This document shows, piece by piece, positions 9,166 through 18,368 of a DNA stretch of 64,000 nt (within the stretch, counting starts at the first letter, position 1; each line of letters begins with the position of its first letter). Position numbers and translations under genes: made by a program. The stretch comes from Bacteroidales bacterium UBA1756 (GTDB lineage Bacteria > Bacteroidota > Bacteroidia > Bacteroidales > WCHB1-69). Under the pieces are notes generated by a model, which was given only the letters and a program-made list of their open reading frames with translations, was not told the origin of the DNA and did not search any database. The stretch lies in contig DCHI01000045.1 in NCBI GenBank assembly GCA_002314795.1, positions 3,795-67,794 on the forward strand, written 5' to 3'.

Positions 9166-10122
9166 TTATTTCAAAGATTGATTTAACAACCCACGCCCCA
9201 TCTTGTTCAGCTTTCCGGAATCACGCAGGTCGTTGGCGATTTTGTCAATCATCCCGTTGATGAACGTACCGCTCTTGTCAGATCCGTACGTTTTGGCAAT
9301 TTCAATGTATTCGTTGATGGTGACTTTTACCGGAATGCTCGGAAACTCCAGCAATTCGCAAAGGGCCATCTTCATCAAGATCATATCCGTTCCGATGATT
9401 CGTTCCGCTTCCCAGTTGTGAAGTTTCTTTTCAATTGTGGCAAAGTATTCCTTGTCGTTGACAACTGTTTTCTTGAAAAGCGTTTGGTAGAATTTCACAT
9501 CTTCCGCTTCATCTTTATATAAAGGAGAAATTTCCACCTGCTCGTGAGACGCCTTCCAGAAAGTGATGTTTTGATAGACGAGCAAGAGCGCATCGTTGAA
9601 GTCGTCGAACCAGTGGGCGTATTTTTCTTCAAAGAACCAATGGAGCAATTTGCTTTCTGCCAAAACTTTTTCAATGATGGCCAAAACCAATTCTTTGTCT
9701 GCTTTGTAGGACGGCGTTTCGGCATTCATACAAACTTCGTATTCCGGGAGTTTCGTGATTTCGGAATAAATCTGAGAAATCAGTTCCACTTGGGAACTCC
9801 AGTTGACGTGAAGTTTGTTCCATTTTTTCCGAAGCTCCTCATTTTCTTCCATTTGCTTGATGACCAAGTTGTCAACGAAGCGGGTGTTCGGGTTGAGGTC
9901 TTCCGGTGTGGGAAAGTTTTTGTTCTTACGCTCCTCGAATTTCGCTGTCACATAGTCTTTTATTTCAGGAAAAATAGAGAAGAAATAGAAAGAAAGGTTA
10001 CTACAATTCTCAATGGATTTATCTAATTTTTTCAAGCCGTCGGGAATGCTTTCCGTTGGATTTGCACCACGTGCGTAAAGGGCCTGCATTACCTTGATTC
10101 GCAAATATCTCCTACTAATCAT
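9166..10122 (-). CDS. nusB: transcription antitermination factor NusB (long Bacteroidota form)
   Basis: N-terminal RRYLRIKVMQALYA and C-terminal NusB fold motifs (ERIIGTDMILMKMALCELL..P.KV.INEYIEIAK.YG). Start set at 10122 because the -7 box at 10141..10148 overlaps the longer ORF. Confidence 0.85.
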   Translation of the reverse strand: MISRRYLRIKVMQALYARGANPTESIPDGLKKLDKSIENCSNLSFYFFSIFPEIKDYVTAKFEERKNKNFPTPEDLNPNTRFVDNLVIKQMEENEELRKKWNKLHVNWSSQVELISQIYSEITKLPEYEVCMNAETPSYKADKELVLAIIEKVLAESKLLHWFFEEKYAHWFDDFNDALLLVYQNITFWKASHEQVEISPLYKDEAEDVKFYQTLFKKTVVNDKEYFATIEKKLHNWEAERIIGTDMILMKMALCELLEFPSIPVKVTINEYIEIAKTYGSDKSGTFINGMIDKIANDLRDSGKLNKMGRGLLNQSLK

Positions 10123-10140
10123 ATTATAAAAATTGGGGTG

Positions 10141-10148
10141 CAAAAATA
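10141..10148 (-). promoter_or_regulatory. -7 promoter box (TATTTTTG) for nusB
   Basis: CAAAAATA on the plus strand, 18 nt upstream of the 10122 start. The 9-bp repeat array begins 10 nt further upstream. Confidence 0.55.
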
Positions 10149-10153
10149 CGATT

Positions 10154-10240
10154 TAATAGTTTATAAAGTTTTTAAAGTTTGTAAAGTTTATAAAGTTCGT
10201 AAAGTTTATAAAGTTTGCAGGGGGAGCAGAGGGGGTGGAG
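10154..10240. repeat. 9-bp tandem array (TAAAGTTYR) x7 with G-rich cap CAGGGGGAGCAGAGGGGGTGGAG
   Basis: Units were read directly at 10164..10217, with a degenerate unit at 10154..10163. The cap is at 10218..10240. The array is intergenic between the divergent nusB gene and a lipoprotein gene. Confidence 0.9.
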
Positions 10241-10286
10241 AATATTTAAAAAAAGTGAAAGCGAGTTTCTCCGTATGTTTTTTTTG

Positions 10287-10294
10287 TAATTTTG
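10287..10294 (+). promoter_or_regulatory. -7 promoter box (TAATTTTG) for the small lipoprotein gene
   Basis: Matches TAnnTTTG, 62 nt upstream of the 10356 ATG. Confidence 0.5.
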
Positions 10295-10355
10295 CCGCAC
10301 TTTTCAATGAAGAAAAGTTTTTTTGTATTTAACAACGTTTTTAAATTCTATCACT

Positions 10356-10595
10356 ATGAAGAAAGTTTTTGCAGTTGCCGTTGTTGCTTTGGCAGGCGTA
10401 ATGTTTTTTGCTTCTTGTGGCAAAAAATGTGTTTGTACTCGTTATGAAGATGGTAAGAAGATTGTTGCTACCAATTCAGACAACACTCGCTATTTCGACA
10501 AGGGTGCTTGTACACAACAATCCGTATCATCATACCAAGGATATTCCTACGTTACCGATGGAAAATTGGTTGACGTTGAAATCAAATGCAAATAA
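10356..10595 (+). CDS. small Cys-rich lipoprotein (79 aa), hypothetical
   Basis: MKKVFAVAVVALAGVMFFASCGKK signal peptide with lipobox. Four further Cys residues. A strong terminator follows. Confidence 0.65.
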   Translation: MKKVFAVAVVALAGVMFFASCGKKCVCTRYEDGKKIVATNSDNTRYFDKGACTQQSVSSYQGYSYVTDGKLVDVEIKCK

Positions 10596-10620
10596 TCATT
10601 TTTTGATTATATTTTTTAAA

Positions 10621-10652
10621 AGAGGATGTGCCCTGTCATCCTCTTTTTTTTT
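10621..10652 (+). terminator. rho-independent terminator
   Basis: Stem AGAGGATG/CATCCTCT with an 8-nt loop, followed by a T8 run. Confidence 0.85.
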
Positions 10653-10694
10653 GCCTTAATTTTCTGCGGGAATTGTCAATTGCCAATTATATTG

Positions 10695-10702
10695 TACTTT
10701 TG
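10695..10702 (+). promoter_or_regulatory. -7 promoter box (TACTTTTG) for glnS
   Basis: Matches TAnnTTTG, 85 nt upstream of the ATG. Confidence 0.5.
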
Positions 10703-10786
10703 CGCCCGATTTTCTATTTTGGTGTGGAATTGTGAAAGTATCAGAAAATCATATCATTATCATCAAAACTAAACTCAATAGGCAAA

Positions 10787-12412
10787 ATGAACTTTATCGA
10801 AGAAATCATTGAAAAAGATTTAGAAAATGGAAAAAACGGATCGAAAGTACATACTCGTTTCCCTCCGGAACCGAATGGCTATCTGCACATCGGACACGCC
10901 AAATCCATTTGTCTGAATTTCGGTATCGCTAAGAAATACAATGGTTTATGCAACCTTCGCTTTGATGACACCAATCCTGTGAAGGAAGATGTTGAATATG
11001 TGGATTCCATCAAGGAGGATATCCAGTGGCTCGGTTTTCAATGGGCCGAAGAACACTATGCTTCCGACTATTTTGACCAACTTTACGAATGGGCTGAAAA
11101 GCTGATTCGGGAAGGCCTTGCGTACGTGGACGACCAAACTCAGGAGGAAATCAGTGCGGGCCGCGGTGTTCCGACCAAACCCGGCACCGAAAGTCCGTAC
11201 CGTAACCGTTCCGCTGAAGAAAATCTCGACCTGTTCCGCCGGATGAAAGCTGGCGAATTTCCGGACGGAAGCAAGGTGCTCCGCGCCAAAACCGGTATGA
11301 CTTCTCCGAATATGCATATGCGCGACCCGATTATGTACCGTATTCTTCATAGTCACCATCATCGCACGGGTGACAAATGGTGCATTTACCCGATGTACGA
11401 TTTCGCGCACGGTCAGAGTGACTCCATCGAAGGGATCACCCACTCCATCTGTACCTTGGAATTTGAAATTCACCGCCCGCTGTACGACTGGTTCTGCGAA
11501 GCACTGAAAATCCATCACCCGCAGCAGATTGAGTTCGCCCGTCTGAACATCAACTATACCGTTATGAGCAAGCGCAAACTGATGCAGTTGGTTCGTGAAC
11601 ACTACGTTATGGGCTGGGATGACCCGCGTATGCCTACCATTTGCGGCCTCCGTCGCCGTGGCTATACGCCGGCCTCCGTCCGCAATTTTGCTGAAACGGT
11701 CGGTATTGCCAAACGTGACAATATCATTGATGTTTCATTGTTGGAATTCTGCGCTCGCGAAGATCTTAACAAGGTGGCTACCAGAACGATGGCTGTTGTG
11801 GATCCTGTAAAATTGGTCATCGACAATTATCCGGAAGGCCAGGTCGAAATGATGCAGGCTGTCAATAATCCTGAAAATCCGGAGGCCGGCACCCGCGAAG
11901 TTCCTTTCACCAAGGAACTTTGGATTGAACGTGCTGACTTCCGTGAAGTCGCTGACAAGAAATTCTACCGCTTGACCATCGGTGGTGAGGTCCGTCTGAA
12001 ATATGGTTACATCGTGAAATGCAGCCACGTGGATAAAGATGCGGATGGAAACATCACGGCCATTCACGTCACTTACGACCCCGAAACGAGAAGTGGTATG
12101 CCGCAAAGCAACCGCAAGGTGAAAGCCACCATCCATTGGGTCTCCGTGGCGCACGCCAAAAAAGCGGAAGTCCGTCTCTTTGAACGGCTTTTCACTGAGC
12201 CCGCTCCGGACGATGTGGAAGAAGGAAAAACGTTTCTGGACTGCCTGAATCCCAACTCACTCACCATTCAGGATGGTTGGGTTGAGGAAGGTCTCACGCT
12301 CTCCAATCCCGAACGTCACTACCAATTTGAACGTATCGGCTATTTCTGCATCGACAAAGACTCCACGGATGAAAAAATCATATTCAACAAAACCGTCAGC
12401 CTGAAACAATAA
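10787..12412 (+). CDS. glnS: glutamine--tRNA ligase
   Basis: Class I HIGH motif ([12 protein letters not shown]), RFDDTNP and a KMSKS-type VMSKRK motif. 541 aa. Confidence 0.92.
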   Translation: MNFIEEIIEKDLENGKNGSKVHTRFPPEPNGYLHIGHAKSICLNFGIAKKYNGLCNLRFDDTNPVKEDVEYVDSIKEDIQWLGFQWAEEHYASDYFDQLYEWAEKLIREGLAYVDDQTQEEISAGRGVPTKPGTESPYRNRSAEENLDLFRRMKAGEFPDGSKVLRAKTGMTSPNMHMRDPIMYRILHSHHHRTGDKWCIYPMYDFAHGQSDSIEGITHSICTLEFEIHRPLYDWFCEALKIHHPQQIEFARLNINYTVMSKRKLMQLVREHYVMGWDDPRMPTICGLRRRGYTPASVRNFAETVGIAKRDNIIDVSLLEFCAREDLNKVATRTMAVVDPVKLVIDNYPEGQVEMMQAVNNPENPEAGTREVPFTKELWIERADFREVADKKFYRLTIGGEVRLKYGYIVKCSHVDKDADGNITAIHVTYDPETRSGMPQSNRKVKATIHWVSVAHAKKAEVRLFERLFTEPAPDDVEEGKTFLDCLNPNSLTIQDGWVEEGLTLSNPERHYQFERIGYFCIDKDSTDEKIIFNKTVSLKQ

Positions 12413-12437
12413 TTTCCCACTAACCTCAAACTTTATA

Positions 12438-12497
12438 ACTTCATACTTTCTACTTCATACTTTCTACTTCATACTTTCTACTTCATACTTTCTACTT
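12438..12497. repeat. 14-bp tandem repeat (ACTTCATACTTTCT) x4.3
   Basis: Four perfect units at 12438..12493 plus a partial unit. Preceded by CAAACTTTATAAC, which resembles the 9-bp family in reverse orientation. Ends 7 nt before the thioredoxin ATG. Confidence 0.9.
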
Positions 12498-12504
12498 TTT
12501 TATT

Positions 12505-12993
12505 ATGAAAATAAAAAAAATCTTCTTACTCACCCTTTGTATCTGCTTCTTGGGAGTTGCTTATTCTCAAAATGAAGTAAAAAAAGAGGAGGGTACCAAA
12601 ACGGAAAAAGCTTCGAAAGCATCCAAGCAGCTTGAGCCGATTCAGTTGACTCAAGAAGAATTCATCAAGAAAGTGTTCGATTACAACGACACGACGATGA
12701 TTTATAAAGGGAAGAAACCTGCGATTGTGGATTTTTATGCAGACTGGTGCGGACCGTGCAAGCGACTTGCCCCCATCCTTGACCAGCTTTTGAAAGAGTA
12801 TGAGGGAAATTTTATCGTTTACAAGGTGAATGTGGATCAGAATAAGGATTTGTCTCGTGCCTTGCAGGTACGGAACATTCCGACGATGTTGTTCCTTCTT
12901 CCCAAGGAAAAACCGCAACGTACGGTTGGCTTGCTCTCGAAGGAGCAAATCAAAGAAATCATTGATGAATATCTTTTGAAATCAAAGAATTAA
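12505..12993 (+). CDS. secreted thioredoxin
   Basis: Signal peptide. WCGPCK active site in a thioredoxin-fold context (VDFYADWCGPCKRLAP). Confidence 0.88.
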   Translation: MKIKKIFLLTLCICFLGVAYSQNEVKKEEGTKTEKASKASKQLEPIQLTQEEFIKKVFDYNDTTMIYKGKKPAIVDFYADWCGPCKRLAPILDQLLKEYEGNFIVYKVNVDQNKDLSRALQVRNIPTMLFLLPKEKPQRTVGLLSKEQIKEIIDEYLLKSKN

Positions 12994-13032
12994 TATAAAC
13001 CGTCCTTTTAGAGGGCAGCAAATAAAAAGATA

Positions 13033-14367
13033 ATGTTTGAAAGTTTAAGCGACAGATTAGAACGCGCATTTAAGGTCCTGAAAGGACAAGGTCACATTAC
13101 GGATATCAATGTGGCGGAAACGATGAAAGAGGTTCGCAAGGCTCTTTTGGATGCTGATGTCAGTTATAGGATTGCCAAGGAATTCACGGACTCGGTGAAA
13201 GCCAAAGCGATGGGAATGAATGTCTTGAAGGCAGTTTCTCCCAGTCAGATGATGGTGAAAATCACCTACGACGAGTTGATTTCGTTGATGGGGACGAGTG
13301 CCACCGATGTCAATTTGCAGTCATCTCCGGCCATTTTCCTGATGGCGGGCTTGCAAGGTTCCGGTAAAACCACTCACGCCGCCAAGTTGGCCAATATGTT
13401 GCGTAACAAGCGCAATCGTCGTCCGCTCCTCGTGGCTTGCGACGTTTATCGTCCCGCGGCTATCGACCAGTTGAAGGTGTTGGGCGAACAAATCAACGTT
13501 CCCGTTTATACGGAAGAAGACTCTAAGAATCCTGTTAAGATAGCAAAAAACGGTGTCGCGTACGCCAAGGAGAACGGCTTTGACCTCGTGCTGATTGATA
13601 CGGCAGGCCGTTTGGCAGTGGATGAGGAGATGATGGAAGAAATCGGCAACATCAAAGAAGCCGTCAACCCGCACGAAATCTTGTTCGTGGTGGATGCTAT
13701 GACCGGCCAGGATGCCGTCAACACGGCGAAGGCCTTCAATGACAAGTTGGATTTCGACGGTGTCATTCTTACGAAATTGGATGGTGACACCCGTGGCGGT
13801 GCCGCTTTGACCATCAAGGCGGTGGTGAACAAGCCCATCAAGTTTATTGGTACGGGCGAAAAGATGGAAGCCATTGACATTTTCCATCCGGACCGTATGG
13901 CCGAACGTATCTTGGGAATGGGTGACATCCGCAGTTTCGTCGAAACGGCGCAGGCACAATTTGATGCGGAAGAAGCGGCCAAACTCCAAAAGAAATTGGC
14001 AAAGAACGAGTTCGATTTCAATGACTTTTTGAATCAGATTCAGCAGATAAAGAAGATGGGTAATGTGAAGGAGTTGATGGGAATGATTCCGGGAATGGGC
14101 AAGGCCGTCCGTGACTTGGACATTGACGAAACTGCCTTCAAGGGAGTGGAAGCCATCATACTTTCTATGACGCCGGAAGAACGTGCCAATCCGGACATTA
14201 TCAATGGCAGCCGCAAAAAACGTATCGCGTTGGGAAGCGGCAATGACATTCAGGACGTGAACCGTCTCATCAAGCAATTTTTTGATACCCGAAAAATGAT
14301 GAAGATGGTGAACAACGGGAAGGCCAAGAATTTGATGCAGGCCTTAAGTACCCGCGGTCGCAGGTAA
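13033..14367 (+). CDS. ffh: signal recognition particle protein Ffh
   Basis: SRP GTPase motifs GLQGSGKTT, DTAGR and TKLDGD. Met-rich M domain (MGMIPGMGK). Confidence 0.95.
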   Translation: MFESLSDRLERAFKVLKGQGHITDINVAETMKEVRKALLDADVSYRIAKEFTDSVKAKAMGMNVLKAVSPSQMMVKITYDELISLMGTSATDVNLQSSPAIFLMAGLQGSGKTTHAAKLANMLRNKRNRRPLLVACDVYRPAAIDQLKVLGEQINVPVYTEEDSKNPVKIAKNGVAYAKENGFDLVLIDTAGRLAVDEEMMEEIGNIKEAVNPHEILFVVDAMTGQDAVNTAKAFNDKLDFDGVILTKLDGDTRGGAALTIKAVVNKPIKFIGTGEKMEAIDIFHPDRMAERILGMGDIRSFVETAQAQFDAEEAAKLQKKLAKNEFDFNDFLNQIQQIKKMGNVKELMGMIPGMGKAVRDLDIDETAFKGVEAIILSMTPEERANPDIINGSRKKRIALGSGNDIQDVNRLIKQFFDTRKMMKMVNNGKAKNLMQALSTRGRR

Positions 14368-14392
14368 GAATGTCGCAGATAAGAATATGGTA

Positions 14393-14427
14393 GAGGCGCA
14401 AAATTTTGCGCCTCCTTTTCTTTTTTA
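14393..14427 (+). terminator. rho-independent terminator after ffh
   Basis: Perfect palindrome GAGGCGCAAAA/TTTTGCGCCTC followed by a T-rich run. Confidence 0.85.
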
Positions 14428-14489
14428 TATTTCGTATAAATTTTTTCTAAAAAACACTAAAAGTCGGATGATGAGAGGAAAAATTATGT

Positions 14490-14497
14490 TACATTTG
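14490..14497 (+). promoter_or_regulatory. -7 promoter box (TACATTTG) for the first giant T9SS cargo gene
   Basis: Matches TAnnTTTG. Leaves a leader of about 100 nt before the 14600 ATG. Confidence 0.45.
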
Positions 14498-14599
14498 CGA
14501 CCTCGTTTGAAAGGATGAAAAGGATAGTCTTGTCTCTTGTAAATAAATGAAAATCAAAAAAATACAATCAACTTATTTATTAACCAAAACCAAATTCTT

Positions 14600-17500
14600 A
14601 TGAAAAAAGTTTTATTTATGCTCGCATTTATTGCGACGCTGTTAGTCGGCAGTATGAGCACGGCTGGGGCGCAGGTGAATTACACCGTTTACGACGGAAC
14701 CACCACCAACAGTTATGTCCCGGTTTATGGTCTTTACACCGACAGCTATTTGAAATGTGAGTATGTCATTCCGGCTACGGATTTGACCGCCATCAATGGC
14801 TCTAACATTTCAGCACTGACCTACCATTTGTCTTCTGCTCCATCTGCAGCTTGGACCTGCAATTTCCAGGTTTTCGTAAAAGAGGTTACAAGTTCATCCA
14901 TCTCCTCTTTTAGTGGTATAGACGATGCTACTATCGTTTATGAAGGCACTTTGGATGCTACTTCTGGCACTATGGTTGTAAACTTTACCACTCCTTATCA
15001 ATACAATGGTGGAAACTTGTTGATTGGTTTCTATAACACCAATACGGGCAATTATAAGAGCGCAAGTTTCTATGGACAAGCTATTACAAATTCAAGTGTC
15101 CAGGGTCACCACGGTTCAAATCCGTCTTCAATCACTGCAAACCAGAGAAACTTCATCCCGAAGACCACCTTTACCGTGGATGAACTTCACGGATGTATTA
15201 CTCCTACCCAGTTGGCAGTTAGCGATGTCGCTACTTATGGCGCAACTGTAACCTGGACTCCCGGCTATCAAGAAACCAGTTGGGTTGTTAAATTCAACGA
15301 TTTGGAATTCCCCACAACTACTCCTTCCTACACCGCTACCACTTTGGATCCTAACACCACATACGTTGCCAGTGTAAAGGCCGTTTGCAGCGCTACCGAA
15401 GAATCTGAATATACCACTCCAGGTGTTTCATTCACCACACTTCCAACTTGTCCTACTCCTTCTGCAGTCACCTTCTCAGACATTACGGCTACCAGTGTCA
15501 CCGTTGCTTGGACAAATGGCGGCAGCGAAACTGCTTGGACTATTGACGCAAATGGCACGGAATACACTGCCAACAGCAATCCTTTCACCCTTACTGGCTT
15601 GACCCCTGCTACATCTTATACCGTTAAGGTAAAAGCCAACTGTTCTGCTACTGACGAATCCGACTGGAGTACTACTGCAACCTTTGAAACTCCTTGTGTT
15701 GCTGTTGTTGTTACCGAAACGGAACCTTTCACCGAAGATTTCAATACGCTTACTACGGGTATTCCTTCTTGTTGGGACAATGCCGAAGGTACGACAACCG
15801 ATAATTCATACAAATGGAATTACTTTGCAACCGGGGTGACGGGTGCTTGCGTGAGATTCAACTCATATAGCAATAGTAGTAATAATACTAACTATTTGAA
15901 AACGCCCCAATTGGACTTGTCTGGTTTGACAAATCCGATGGTCAGTTTTTCCTATAAGAATCCCACGGGCGGTGACTTTAGCGTGTATTATACGATTGAC
16001 GGAACCAACTATGTAGAAATCGCTACCGGACTAACAGGTGTTTCTTCGTGGACGAATGTTGAATATACCATAGCTGACCTTGCTGGTGCAACCAACGCAT
16101 ATATTATTTTCAAAGGCACGAGCAACTGGGGCAGTGGCGATGCCTACATTTATTTGGACGATGTTCTGGTTTCACAAGTTCCTACCTGTCCGAAACCGAC
16201 CGATGTTACGGTTAATGATATCACTACTACCAGTGCAGAAATATCTTGGACCAACGGCGGTACTGAAACTGCTTGGACTATCAGCTATAATGGCACCGAA
16301 GTGGCTGCCAATAGCAATCCTTTCACCCTTACTGGCTTGACGCCTGCTACTGTTTATACCGTTATGGTAAAAGCCAACTGCTCAGCAGAAGACGAATCCT
16401 ACTGGAGTACTGCTGCTGAATTCGTTACGGAATGCGGAACCTTCAATGTTACTGAAAGCACTCCTTATCAGGAAAGTTTTGACGGCACTGCCTTCCCGCC
16501 CACTTGCTGGAGCAGAGCCCATACCGCTGGCTCTTCATCATCCCAATGGATCAGAACCACCAGCAGCAGCAATATCCATACGGGTGCTGGTGCAGCACAG
16601 TTGCAAGACCAGTCAACTGGCAACCGCAACGATCTCGTTACTGGTGTGTTGAATATCCCCGCTGCAAACCAATATCAGGTTACAATGTGGATGTATCGTT
16701 CCACCTACAGCTACAGCATTAAACCTAACGAAGGTGTCAAGGTTTGGATTAACACCACTCCTGATACTACCGGTGCTACCGAAATCGGTTACATTCATCG
16801 TGAATACACCCTCGCTCCCGCAGAGACGGCTACCGGTTGGTATGAATACAGTTTTGTCATTCCCAATGCTGGCGATATGTACGTAATCTTCCAAGGCATC
16901 AGCGAATATGGTCAGGCTTCATACATCGATGATATCTCTGTTGAAAAAGCTCCTACCTGCCTCAAGCCTACCGAAGTCGTTATCCTCGATTCTTTGACCA
17001 CCGAAACTACTGCTGTTGTTGACTGGACTCCCGCCGGTGACGAAACACAATGGGAAGTTGCTTGCAATGGTGACACTACCCTCGTTAGCGCTCATCCTTT
17101 CACCATCACTGGTCTGAGTGCTTCTACTACTTACACAGTTTCTGTACGCGCCTATTGCTCAGACGAAGACCAATCCTACTGGACTTCAGGAGTTAATTTT
17201 AATACTGAATGCGCTGCCGTAGTTGTCGTTACATTTGATAATCCATATCACGAAGGTTTTGAAGGAACCATCTGCTGGAGTACTCAGCAAATTGCAGGTG
17301 AGGACAATTGGCAATTGACTGATTATAGTGTTTATGAAGGTGAATATTCAGCTTACTTCCCGTACGATGAAGGTGCAGAAGGTTTGTTGATTTCCCCTGT
17401 TTTTGACCTTACACAGATCGCAAATCCTGAACTCTCTTTCCAATACTGGACTAGAATTTATTCAGGTTCATGCGACAGATTGGAACTGTACTACAGAACT

Positions 17501-18187
17501 GCAGAAACAGAAGAATGGGTATTGATGGATACTTTTGTTACTCCTATGTCGGATTACGACTCGGCTACTTACGCATTGCCCACCCCGACAGCTACCTACC
17601 AAATTGCGTTTAAGGGTATCGGATTGGATGCATTTGGTTTGTACTTGGATGACATCAATATTACTGGTGAAGAAATTGAAACTCCTTGCGAAGTTCCTAC
17701 CAATTTGGCTGTTGAAAACAACGTTGCTACTTGGGAAAGCGAAGCTGACAATTTCAACGTAATGTACATCGCTAATGGTGATACTACTACCGTTGCTGTT
17801 GAAGGCAATACCTACACCTTCACAGGTCTCGAAGACAGCACGCTCGTAACCGTATTCGTTCAGGCCGTTTGTGATGAAACCACAACCAGCGATTGGACTG
17901 AAGGTGTCGAATTTATGTACATTGATACGACGGCGGTCGGTATTGCTAACTTCAGCAACATCGCCGTTAAGGTTTACCCGAATCCTGCAACGGATGTCAT
18001 TAACATTGAATGCAACGCTATCAATGCTAACCTCTCTATCTTTGATATGTTTGGCAAACAGGTGATGAATACTCAAATTCAAAATGCCAAGACTGAACTC
18101 AATATCAGTGCTTTGGCTCCTGGTGTTTATATGATTCGTATTGCCAACAACAATGAATTTACAACAGTAAAAGTTGTAAAGAAATAA
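14600..18187 (+). CDS. T9SS-secreted modular surface protein (Fn3 modules alternating with choice-of-anchor-J/MAM-like modules)
   Basis: 1195 aa with a signal peptide. Five Cys-bracketed Fn3-like modules (four with the consensus PTC.KPT...W....E..W.......NPFT.TGL...T.Y.V.V.A.CS..D.S.WS, plus one divergent C-terminal copy) alternate with ~170-aa modules ending YLDD/YIDD. C-terminal sorting domain. Confidence 0.85.
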   Translation: MKKVLFMLAFIATLLVGSMSTAGAQVNYTVYDGTTTNSYVPVYGLYTDSYLKCEYVIPATDLTAINGSNISALTYHLSSAPSAAWTCNFQVFVKEVTSSSISSFSGIDDATIVYEGTLDATSGTMVVNFTTPYQYNGGNLLIGFYNTNTGNYKSASFYGQAITNSSVQGHHGSNPSSITANQRNFIPKTTFTVDELHGCITPTQLAVSDVATYGATVTWTPGYQETSWVVKFNDLEFPTTTPSYTATTLDPNTTYVASVKAVCSATEESEYTTPGVSFTTLPTCPTPSAVTFSDITATSVTVAWTNGGSETAWTIDANGTEYTANSNPFTLTGLTPATSYTVKVKANCSATDESDWSTTATFETPCVAVVVTETEPFTEDFNTLTTGIPSCWDNAEGTTTDNSYKWNYFATGVTGACVRFNSYSNSSNNTNYLKTPQLDLSGLTNPMVSFSYKNPTGGDFSVYYTIDGTNYVEIATGLTGVSSWTNVEYTIADLAGATNAYIIFKGTSNWGSGDAYIYLDDVLVSQVPTCPKPTDVTVNDITTTSAEISWTNGGTETAWTISYNGTEVAANSNPFTLTGLTPATVYTVMVKANCSAEDESYWSTAAEFVTECGTFNVTESTPYQESFDGTAFPPTCWSRAHTAGSSSSQWIRTTSSSNIHTGAGAAQLQDQSTGNRNDLVTGVLNIPAANQYQVTMWMYRSTYSYSIKPNEGVKVWINTTPDTTGATEIGYIHREYTLAPAETATGWYEYSFVIPNAGDMYVIFQGISEYGQASYIDDISVEKAPTCLKPTEVVILDSLTTETTAVVDWTPAGDETQWEVACNGDTTLVSAHPFTITGLSASTTYTVSVRAYCSDEDQSYWTSGVNFNTECAAVVVVTFDNPYHEGFEGTICWSTQQIAGEDNWQLTDYSVYEGEYSAYFPYDEGAEGLLISPVFDLTQIANPELSFQYWTRIYSGSCDRLELYYRTAETEEWVLMDTFVTPMSDYDSATYALPTPTATYQIAFKGIGLDAFGLYLDDINITGEEIETPCEVPTNLAVENNVATWESEADNFNVMYIANGDTTTVAVEGNTYTFTGLEDSTLVTVFVQAVCDETTTSDWTEGVEFMYIDTTAVGIANFSNIAVKVYPNPATDVINIECNAINANLSIFDMFGKQVMNTQIQNAKTELNISALAPGVYMIRIANNNEFTTVKVVKK
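15443..15697 (+). repeat. intragenic Fn3 module copy (gene 1)
   Basis: PTCPTPSAV..NSNPFTLTGLTPATSYTVKVKANCSATDESDWS..TPC. An 80-nt stretch (15569..15648) differs at roughly 9 positions from 16306..16385 by manual alignment. Confidence 0.75.
16181..16435 (+). repeat. intragenic Fn3 module copy (gene 1)
   Basis: PTCPKPTDVTVNDITTTSAEISW..NSNPFTLTGLTPATVYTVMVKANCSAEDESYWS..EC. Paralogous to 15443..15697 and to 18894..19148. Confidence 0.75.
17938..18184 (+). other. T9SS C-terminal sorting domain (type A, Por_Secre_tail-like)
   Basis: VYPNPATDVINIE...LSIFDMFGKQV....LNISALAPGVYMIRI....TVKVVKK. Confidence 0.85.
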
Positions 18188-18213
18188 TCCATAAACAGTT
18201 AAAACTGATTCTA

Positions 18214-18247
18214 AAGAGCCCTTGATTTTCTTGGGCTCTTTTTTTTG
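18214..18247 (+). terminator. rho-independent terminator
   Basis: Stem AAGAGCCC/GGGCTCTT followed by a T-run. Confidence 0.8.
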
Positions 18248-18289
18248 GAAAAAAATAGAAAACGAATCATCTCTTTACGTAAAATAATG

Positions 18290-18297
18290 TAAATTTG
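18290..18297 (+). promoter_or_regulatory. -7 promoter box (TAAATTTG) for the second giant T9SS cargo gene
   Basis: Matches TAnnTTTG, 72 nt upstream of the 18369 ATG. Confidence 0.45.
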
Positions 18298-18368
18298 CCC
18301 CGTTTTTTGAAACACGAATTTATTATTAACTCAAATAAGACAAACAACCTATTAATAAATTACAAATT

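Noticed and set aside
10138-10332. 64-aa ORF translating to ...KVFKVCKVYKVRKVYKVC...
   Set aside because: It is simply the translation of the 9-bp tandem array and its G-rich cap. It also overlaps the nusB promoter box. There is no coding signal.
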